DNA of 64,000 nt, from assembly GCF_964204645.1 (NCBI RefSeq), contig NC_134027.1:23026560-23090559 (forward strand). The letters run 5' to 3'. This DNA comes from Tubulanus polymorphus (lineage: Eukaryota > Animalia > Nemertea). The notes beneath the pieces were generated by a model. It was not told the DNA's origin, made no database searches, and saw only the letters and a list, made by a program, of their open reading frames with translations. The position numbers were made by a program, and so were the translations under genes. Positions 24,576-33,900 of this stretch are shown piece after piece; positions within the stretch are counted from its first letter, which is position 1, and every line of letters starts with the position of its first letter.

Positions 24576-27329
24576 ATGGCTAAGTCTACTCTGAATATAT
24601 GTTATTTAAACATAAACGGCGTGAAACAAAAATTGCCAGAAGTAACTGAATTACTTTTGAATAAAAATATCGATATTCTTTTCGTAGCAGAAACTAAATG
24701 CAAAACGATAAATTTTAATCCGAAAAATTATAAGAAAATCCATAAGCCGAGGACAGGGAAATCCGGAGGGGGTTTAATGGCTCTGTACAACCGTGACCTG
24801 TTTATCGAGCAACTGACTCTTAATTTTAACAGCGACTCAACTGAATATATAGCTTTATCGGTGAAAAATAACGATAACAGTACTTTCAATGTCATAGGGG
24901 TTTATTGCCCACCTGCGAAAATTCTCGAACAACAATTTGTAGAAGTCATTGAACGATCGAATCAAAATTTTTTCATTTTGGGTGATTTGAACGCTAAACA
25001 CCCGATACTCGATAACCGTACGACTAATACAGCCGGAATTAATCTAACGAACATTATTAATACGCACGGTCTCATTTCATTAAATACAAAAGACCATACC
25101 TATTATGATTACCGCGTAAGAGGACACACTGATATTCTAGATAGAGCGCTTTGTAGTTCGCACATATTCCCTAAAGTAAACTTTTTTCATGTTTGCGATA
25201 GCGTCGATAGTGATCACCGACCAATTTTAATAAATATTTCTACGCGTCCGAAAGTCATCGAACGCGAACTATATACCGACTTACTGTCTACGAGAAATAT
25301 CGACTGGTCAAAATTCCACGACAACGTATCTGACAAGCTCTCAACGATCGATACAACAAATCTAACTACCAACGAGCAGGTGGAAAATATTTACAGCAAA
25401 ATAGAATTAGAAATAATTAACGAAATTAAAAGACAAAATAGCACGGAAAATAATAAAAGATCGAAACGAGTTGACCGCTTACCTCGTAATATAGAATTAA
25501 TAATTAAACGACGACGTTATTTAAAACGAGAATACGTTAAAACGCGTCATCCTTATTTAAAATCACAATATAATAGATTAACTCTTGAAATTAGAAAACT
25601 TATGCGAGACCACAAAAATAACAAGACTAAAAAACTACTAGATGACATAAATACATCGAATCCGAACTCGAGTAAATTCTGGCGAGGTATTAAAAATATT
25701 AACGGTAACGTTGATAAAAAGAACATTATTTCGAATTTAGCTTATAACGATCGAACCGCGAGTAACGATAAAGATATCGTCGAACTATACGCCGACTTTT
25801 TATTCGACGTTTTTCAAACGCCTACTGATCCAAACTTCAGCGATCAACATAAACGTTTCGTAGAAGAATCCAATAGAAACTTCGTATACGAAAATACTGA
25901 AGAAGACACGGGTCATATATTAAACGAAACAATTACTGAACTAGACATAAAACGCTATATCAAACGGTTGAAACTTAATAAAGCACCCGGAGAAAATAGA
26001 ATCACGAACGCGATTATTAAAAATTGTCCTTCGATATTTTTAACCCACCTATGTCACATTTTTAACTACTGCCAAAGAAATGGCTACTATATATCATTCT
26101 GGAAGTCTGCGAAAATTACTATGATTCAAAAAGCCGGCAAAGATGCTACACTTTGCAAAAATTTGCGTCCTATCAGTTTAACCAACTCGATCGGCAAAAT
26201 TTTCGAAAAAATCATGAACAATAAATTAACAGATTACTTAGAAAATACCAACTTCTTTACCGAAATACAAGCTGGTTTTCGAAAAGGACATTCGACCATA
26301 GATCAAATATTAAAAATGTCTCATGATATCGCTAAAGGCCTAAAACGTCGGCAATGCACGCGTGCTACATTTTTCGACCTAGAGAAAGCGTTCGATAAAC
26401 TTTGGCACGACGGAATTATCTACAAAATTAATCATTTATCTATTCCAACCAACTTTAAGCTCTTACTTAAAAACTATCTACAGGGTCGAACTTTTAAAGT
26501 CGCTAATGAAGGGTGTATTAGCCAGCCAAGGCAAATAAACGCTGGAGTCCCTCAAGGAGGGATTTTCTCGCCGACACTTTTTATCATCTACATAAACGAT
26601 TTTCCCTCGGATACAATTAAAGCTAGTCATTATAGTCAATCGTCATTGTTCGCAGACGATATGAGTCTATGGAACACGCACAATGTAAAAACTAAAACAA
26701 TCGAAAATCTCCATCAAAAATCGATAGACAAACTAACTCAATGGAGTGACATGTGGAGGCTAAAAGTAAACGCGCTTAAATGTGTTAGTATACACTTTAG
26801 TCGCCTAATAAATACCGACCCATACACTGAGCACACTGTTCACGGCCAACAAATACCGCTATCAAATTCTACCAAATTCCTCGGAATTACTTTTTCGTCT
26901 AATTTACGCTGGAATCTGGAAATAACAGAGAGATTAATTAAGGCAAATAAAAGAATTGGAATACTAGCTATTTTGAAACGAAACCGCGTAAATATGGAAT
27001 ACATACTCACTGCTTTTAAATTACTCATTCGATCAATCTATGAATACGGAGCTCCGATACTGGTAACTTGCCCATGTAGTCAGTTAGACCGCCTTCAAAT
27101 ACACCAAAATAAATGCTTACGAATCATTCTAGGCCAACCGCGCTATACAAGAACGGCAGACCTACATAAGCAAGCTCGAATAGAAACTGTGGAACAGCGC
27201 TTTAAACTCTTAACGAAAAATTACCTGAATTCCAACCGAAATAACCCGATACTAAGGAGTGTCTTTTACGATATTTCGAGTCCATGGCCGTCTTCAGACA
27301 TCGTGGAAGCGTTTAAGTCAATTCTATAA
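24576..27329 (+). CDS. LINE ORF2, apurinic-like endonuclease + reverse transcriptase (917 aa)
   Basis: APE motifs N.NG, ETK, GDLNA, D, SDH; RT motifs KAPG, RPISL, QAGFR, DLEKAFD, GVPQGGIFSP, FADD, KFLG. No RNase H seen. Confidence 0.97.
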   Translation: MAKSTLNICYLNINGVKQKLPEVTELLLNKNIDILFVAETKCKTINFNPKNYKKIHKPRTGKSGGGLMALYNRDLFIEQLTLNFNSDSTEYIALSVKNNDNSTFNVIGVYCPPAKILEQQFVEVIERSNQNFFILGDLNAKHPILDNRTTNTAGINLTNIINTHGLISLNTKDHTYYDYRVRGHTDILDRALCSSHIFPKVNFFHVCDSVDSDHRPILINISTRPKVIERELYTDLLSTRNIDWSKFHDNVSDKLSTIDTTNLTTNEQVENIYSKIELEIINEIKRQNSTENNKRSKRVDRLPRNIELIIKRRRYLKREYVKTRHPYLKSQYNRLTLEIRKLMRDHKNNKTKKLLDDINTSNPNSSKFWRGIKNINGNVDKKNIISNLAYNDRTASNDKDIVELYADFLFDVFQTPTDPNFSDQHKRFVEESNRNFVYENTEEDTGHILNETITELDIKRYIKRLKLNKAPGENRITNAIIKNCPSIFLTHLCHIFNYCQRNGYYISFWKSAKITMIQKAGKDATLCKNLRPISLTNSIGKIFEKIMNNKLTDYLENTNFFTEIQAGFRKGHSTIDQILKMSHDIAKGLKRRQCTRATFFDLEKAFDKLWHDGIIYKINHLSIPTNFKLLLKNYLQGRTFKVANEGCISQPRQINAGVPQGGIFSPTLFIIYINDFPSDTIKASHYSQSSLFADDMSLWNTHNVKTKTIENLHQKSIDKLTQWSDMWRLKVNALKCVSIHFSRLINTDPYTEHTVHGQQIPLSNSTKFLGITFSSNLRWNLEITERLIKANKRIGILAILKRNRVNMEYILTAFKLLIRSIYEYGAPILVTCPCSQLDRLQIHQNKCLRIILGQPRYTRTADLHKQARIETVEQRFKLLTKNYLNSNRNNPILRSVFYDISSPWPSSDIVEAFKSIL

Positions 27330-27678
27330 CTCTATAGCGTGTACTCTACTACGAACCGACACCCGCGTAGTCGGAGAATTGAATGGAAGATTTCTTTGTG
27401 TTACAAGAACTATATAGGTAGCCCGTATCTAGGTCGCTACTCCTTACACAACACGTCACGTGAACCGAACTATATGCAGTAGAACTATATACTCTTATTA
27501 ACATTTCTAAGAAATTATAAGTTTTGTATATAGTAATTGACAAAGTATTCTAACTATATCGCGACTCCCCTTAACGGAGGAAAATCACTATTTTTGTGTA
27601 TCATATTATATACATATATATCTACCATATATTATATCATAGACTCTTGTGATATATACGTATTATATTAATCACTAT

Positions 27679-27714
<36 letters not shown>

Positions 27715-28012
27715 TATAACTAATCACTAACAAACTCCTGATAAGGACCGAACCAAACAAAAACGCCTAAATAATAAAAACTGTCCGTTCCGTATGTACC
27801 TTTGTTTGAATCCTTCACACTCACACAAATATCACACCACCCACATCCCCCTTAGTTCATCTCATAATAGTTCAACTCATATACCTATCATCACATCAAG
27901 CAAATAATCATGCACCTACGCGTCCTGAATGTAGGAGAGTGGCCACCACTCTCGAGCATTAAAAACGCGCTCTGCGCGTTTGTCTTTTTTTTTATCTGCT
28001 GCCTGTACTCAG

Positions 28013-28056
28013 TACGCCTGATGATGGCTAATAGTCTTTAGCCGAAACGTTGCGCA
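28013..28056 (+). ncRNA. Minimal hammerhead ribozyme in the inverted PLE pLTR (third copy)
   Basis: tacgcCTGATGAtggctaatagtctttagccGAAAcgttgcgca on the plus strand. Confidence 0.8.
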
Positions 28057-29587
28057 AATATATATAACTCTTCTATTCAAGTTTCTCGTTTTGGCTGAAC
28101 TTATTGTGGGATTTCTCTTGTTATCTTCTTACACGGATATTGTGTATCTTCTCGTCTCATCTTGAATTATCATACTGCACTAAAGCATGTCCTGTATTAT
28201 TTTCAGCTATTCCCAGCGCTATGGACACCGTATTGGATCAGGCCACGATAACGCAGGAAAGAGATTTCGCCCTGGTGAAGATGTCATCGTTTCCGTCGAA
28301 GTACAGCGTCTACGTGGAATACTGTACGAAATATACGAACCAGTGTAAATCTACCAAACCGATAGAAACCACCGACGGTTCGATAAAAATTGAGATTAAA
28401 ATCAATCCAGATCAACCATACACTTACAAACGGATCGTATCTGAAAGTAGTGACGTCATCGCCAGCAGACCGCTTGAAGTGAAAAAAGGTAAAGCTATGG
28501 CTGGAGGTTTTTGATCCAAAATATTTTGATGAGATGGAACACAACCATGGGAAAATAGATTCGAAGTCGCCTTCTTTTGAAAATTTGCAAAAAGGTGGCT
28601 GATTCTAGCCGAGTAAAAAAAAGATCTTTCCAATACGCCTAGCAAATATTACATCATTTCGTTTTTGCATCCGTTTTTGTGTGGCCAAAAACAAGCGCAG
28701 AAAAGAAGATCCCGTTTTGTGTGGCGACGAAACAGGAATTAAATTTGGACTCAAATCGCTTGAAAAAAGATAATTTTTACGATAGATTTCTTATGCCGCA
28801 GATATTCTGTTGATGGTTATGTTTCTGCAAACCCAAGTAACCATAATCTATACGGATGCGAATATTGAAATCGTCAATTTCAAACGTCATTTCTTTATTC
28901 AGTTGATGATAAAAGGACCGTAACGTCTCCAGATCCGCTGACTATTGTTGGTTTTGTTCTTAGTATCATCGCGTTTGTTCTGGTCGTGATATTATTGGTA
29001 TCACTTTTAATGAAACGATTAAGAAACAGATCAGGTGGAAGGTGAGTGTTCATTAGTTAAATCATTTGCTGTCCATTTGTTTTGCATCAATTGCCCCCTT
29101 CTTTATGAACGATGCTGTTGTAAAACCATCAAGAAATGGCTGAGAAGTAGTCAATTGGGTTAATTTCAAAACAAGTAGGAAGATCAATTATTGTCTTCAA
29201 GCCATTAAATGGTAGATGCATTTAAATAACAGAAATACCTGAACACGGGCTCTGAAAATGCTCGTTCCTAGTGACTCATCTGAATCGGTTCGAATCCCAT
29301 TATTACGCCGTTCTTTGAATTTGTGAAAATTCTTTTTTCATTTCAGGAAAAATGAAACTAATGATTCAACAACAGGTAAATTTGTTAAAAAATACTAGAA
29401 ATATGAATTGTTTTCCCTGCTTCTAAATACTGAATATTTTTTGATAATACTATACTACAATTGAATATTATTGATAATTACATCATATCCGAACGTATTT
29501 ATAACATTTCAGTTTATTCTAACAGTAATGAACTCAAGGACACCGATTCACGTATGTATATCTAGTGCATTTTAAACTATCCCGTCT

Positions 29588-29750
29588 AATTGAGCAAAAC
29601 CACAATATCAATGAAAACTAATAGCTATTGTTTCATTCTAAAGGGTGGATTGCTGCCCGAAACGTTAGAAAAACACAATAGCTGTGTTTGATTGATCTCG
29701 TGGGTTTTGCTCAATTAAACTGAAGACTGGAAATAGTCTCGACTATTTAT
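29588..29750. mobile_element. Short hairpin-shaped insertion (probably PLE-terminus derived) with 13-bp TSD
   Basis: AACTATCCCGTCT at 29575-29587 and 29751-29763; inverted ends TTGAGCAAAACCAC / GTGGGTTTTGCTCAA; central GGGTGG..CTGCCC-GAAACGTT hammerhead remnant. Confidence 0.65.
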
Positions 29751-30929
29751 AACTATCCCGTCTTTCTGTCAATAATTTCTATTGTATATTTTAAAAAATA
29801 TTATAATTTTTCAGGTGTTTACGCCGCGGTGACGCCGTATGTAAATGTGGCTTTTTGTGGTAAGTATTTTCTCGAACATTCTTGCGAACACAGTATAGAA
29901 ACATGAAGATATGATCGTTCCGCGTCCTTTTCGGGACAGTAACATAATTGTATATATACATCCACTTCGTAAAACTTTACCGTCTTTTCCTTCATTTAAA
30001 GCAGAGCTCGAGCCCGATCAGAACAATTATGAAGAAGTCAGGAATTAACAGATACTAATAACCAGCTTCGACCTCTTATCGACTGAAAGTTGTGTAATAT
30101 AGAGTATGTAACAAAGATGTTGTGCCTGGGCCCATCGAATATTACACTATTACACTCCGTGTTAAAAACTGTGGATTAGGGATACCGGTTCATTCGTGAC
30201 GGTGTTACGGTCCTGTTTTGTCTGACGAATCGCAGGTAGTTTGTTTTCAATGAATGAAATCGATCCTTTTCGGAAGAAATAACATAATTGATAAGAGTTC
30301 AAATGTCAAATTAATGCCTCGAGGAAAATAAGAATATTTTCAAATGCAGATAAATCCTAAATACAGGGATAGTATTTGTACATGTATGTATATTTGTAAC
30401 ATAGATGCAGCTCCGATCTGTGATACGTGTCTCTCGAAAGTGATATTTTGTTCTCAATTGAAACATTTTCTTTTGTTATTACATTTTGTACGAATTGCGT
30501 TGGATTATTTGTGGGTAAAATATCTGTATCTCATCATTATCGATATTAATCTATTTAATCGATTTGTTTATTCAATTTGTTTATCTAAATCATTTAATCA
30601 AGGCTAGGCCGTACTTTGTAAAGTTAACCTGATGTTCATTTGAAAATAATGAAATATTGCTGTTTTCCATAACGGAATGTATACAATAGATTCTCCTTCT
30701 CTCACTCAAGTTTACATCTACCTTTCAAACAACATCTACATTTTTCCTCTCTCAATAATTACACATGAAATAATCTTATAGGGTTTAAGAGCCTTGTTCT
30801 ATCGTTTATATGTATTGGCTATTTTATGTAAACTTCTTTCAGAATAACGAATAAATAACGCTCAGTTGAATTTAGTTGAATTACAATTTTCGCTTGCGTT
30901 TCAAATTTCAGGCTTCATTTCGCAAAGAT

Positions 30930-33900
30930 TTGTTGCTGTTTTCACCATTTTTTACCAAAATAGTTGACAATCGAAACTATTTCAATCAAACTCTCAGGAA
31001 GGGGAGAATTTGTGATTTTGTTTACGACACGTTGAAAGATGTCGGAGACATACAGTTGGAACCTCGTTGATACGAATCTAGCGGGTAGCGCCGATATATC
31101 CGTGTTAAACGGGTTTCTTATTGAACCGAGTCATACTAATACTTATAAGTCATTTCTTTTGGAACTGTGGAGCCTGATGTAGATTAAAATGAAATAATGT
31201 CTCAATTCATATTTATGTTTATAGGGGAAAATAGAAAAAACGCCCATATTCAATATAAAATATAAAATAATTCAAACACGTAGATTGCATATATACGAAA
31301 CTGAATATTTTTTTATTAAAAATAGAGAATTCTGCAAAAGCGTTTGCAATGATGTATTAGATATATTATTATTCATTACATATACATGTATAACAAGCCA
31401 AACAAATCGTAACACGAACAATTGAGTATCAAAGTATCAAATTATAAAGCCATAGTGCAAAAATATCTGTTTCTTAAATCCAAGCATAACATGAAAAAAA
31501 TGCCATTTGAAAAATACTATGATATCGACATCTTTTTATTTATCTTGGAGATACATGCATTGACATTCCCTTATCACAGACGCACGTCAGAGAAATCCAC
31601 CACAGTGTCAATGGCTATTAGGCGTTGAGTAACGGAATAGTTCTATATAGAGATAGGTGAAAACTATCAGGTTTTGTGTAAAACAAGTAGTTCTTAGAAA
31701 TGATTGAAACTATTGTGACTGCAAAAAAGGGGCCAATGGACCAAGTAAGCATTCGAGAAGAAATCATTTCTTGAGGACAGAACTAAATGAACCACTCAAC
31801 ACTACAAATATTGACCAGTTCACCAGATAATTTTTGCACAAGGAAGAATCATGGGTTTACGCTGGTATAAGGCTAAACAAAAATGATACCTTGTTTCTCC
31901 TAATCGGCCGGGTAATTTTTGTAAAATATCATAAGATTTGTAATCAGTTCATTTTTTTATAGCTGCCGGGTCTGTAATGGTAAAATTGATCACGATTTAA
32001 AAAAAGTAATGTGCAGGGTAGATAGGCGGCCGGCCGGGTCAACTCTTAAGCTCGAGAGATCGGAGAAACAAGGTATCAATTTTCTGGCCTAAGACCAGTG
32101 TATCAGTCTGAAATTATTGCGATCCAGTCCCACCCACCTCATCAAATGATGCTGGTTACATTCTACAAAATCCCTTTCAAGTTGCTCAAGTTTAAGTTAA
32201 CTGGAGGACGGTATTGAATGAAATGACCACACGAAACTTGAGGAGGACAGCCATCTTCTCAAAAAGGAAGGGCAACCAATATTACACCAATTATATCAAT
32301 ACAATTTAAAAGAAAATAATATTAGACCAATATACACAGTAAATATTTGTAAAGAATATACGCATCATTGTTTAACATAGCTGCATAATTAATTGTTAAA
32401 TAACAACGTTAGCCATCTATAAAATGTCGAACCTACAGTTCGATATGGACTGTTAATATTTTGATGATGTTTGGATGGATAAGCGATGTGGTTTGCTCTA
32501 TTTCTCGCCTGTTGGATGTCTAGAATGATTTGGCAACTTCGCGATGAAGATGGAAAATTGAAAAGTGAATTAACAGTGAAATTAACGTTGCTTGGACTTA
32601 AAATTAGCGAAAATTATCTTCTCTTAATATTACAAATCATGATAATACATCAGTGAGCTCACAATTAGATATTAGGTCATATTTGGTATAAATATAATTG
32701 ACGATAATATCTTGTTACTGTATAAGTCCTTTTATAGAAAAATATATAATATTGTACTATCCTTTTATAGAAAAATATATAATATTGTACTATGTTCTTA
32801 TATAAATAGTTAATGTGCGTTTAGTCAAGTTCAGTTCTTGTATTTCTCTCTGACACTTGTTCCCAAACCCATCGTGGAGATTTTGGTTTTCTTCCAATTT
32901 CAATGTGGCAAGTGAGTATTTTACACAGATATTATGCATGCAAACCGAAGGGCTACATTTAAATCATATTTCAAAATCAACCCTACCACATTGAAAAAAC
33001 TGTTAGAAACCAGCAGTGTTTTGTTAAAATACTACAAAATAGATGCCGGATCCCGTTTCACCATGATTAGTCATGATATCCGTATGTTACTTTCAAACCT
33101 AATAGAGAACTGTAGAACTAGATCCAGAAATGTCTCTACTAGATATTGCGATTGTTCTAGGGGCGGATTGAGCAAGAGATCACGAAAACCTGTGAGAACG
33201 AAAGGATCTGATCGAGGTCCAGGAATTACACCAGACATTACGTCGACAGTCGTATGATATCAGTGATAACATGCTACATAGAATCCTAAGAACCTCGCTC
33301 GACTGAACACAGTGGATGAGACAATAATACAAAAATCAACAACTCTTTTCCTGCTGCTCTTTTTCTTCACGTTGTCTGCGTCGTTCGGCCTCTTCTGCTT
33401 CCAAACGAGCGACGAGTTCAGCTTGAACTTGCGGCTCAACGACGCGACCGAGTTCTGAGTACGTCGAAAAATCATCGAAATCACCGATAAGCACACCAGG
33501 GGGCGCTTGAATTTTGACGTTGTTAACGACGTGTAAATAGATCGGTTCTTTTCTCAGTTCTTCTACATCGTCTGCATTGAATGCAGGGTTGTCGACACCA
33601 CAGTTAACGTACTTTACGATATCCCCATCGTCATCGTTGTAAACGTCTTGATAAGGATTCTCTTTGTCGCCAATTGTTTGATAGGGATTTTCTGAAATCA
33701 TACGCGTAACAACATTTAGTGAATTCAACAAACAATCCGTCAAACGATTCAGTTGGCCAGTCTACATCTGGGAATTGAAGGTTACATTAAATCTATCAAA
33801 CCCTCCCGCATAAAAGTGGCTGCTTTCTGAAATGCCCATGACATCGTCAAGTCTGCCCACTAGTGATTGGATATTTACTTCACGCCCTATTTTCCACAAT

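Larger units (their letters stand above)
22610..27711 (+). mobile_element. Full-length LINE retrotransposon (Jockey/I-group-like), two intact ORFs, A29 tract; 5' boundary approximate
   Basis: ORF1 with three Zn knuckles, ORF2 APE-RT, 3' UTR and poly(A) at 27683-27711. Confidence 0.92.
18761..28161 (-). mobile_element. Composite Penelope-like element insertion flanked by a 13-bp target-site duplication
   Basis: TTGAATTATCATA at 18748-18760 and 28162-28174. Direct pLTRs at 18758-19178 and 21615-22035, inverted partial pLTR at 28002-28161, intact ORF, and non-PLE cargo at 22036-28001. Confidence 0.85.
16965..30048 (+). pseudogene. Gene B: 5'-truncated, frameshifted paralog of the Ig receptor family, interrupted by a 9.4-kb retroelement insertion
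   Basis: Exons 16965-17240 (Ig b, open), 17366-17590 (Ig e, deletion and frameshift), 17786-18081 (FN3, +2 nt giving TAA at 17968-17970), 28207-28488 (FN3-like, open), 28903-29041 (distinct TM: LTIVGFVLSIIAFVLVVILLVSLLM), tail 29347-29375, 29513-29551, 29815-29859, 30005-30048 (..NNYEEVRN*). No V exon found upstream. Confidence 0.8.

Noticed and set aside
31601-31607. CACAGTG heptamer suggesting V(D)J-type recombination signals (also inside an Ig b exon near 40968)
   Set aside because: No nonamer at 12/23 spacing and not next to V exons; there is no evidence for somatic rearrangement.
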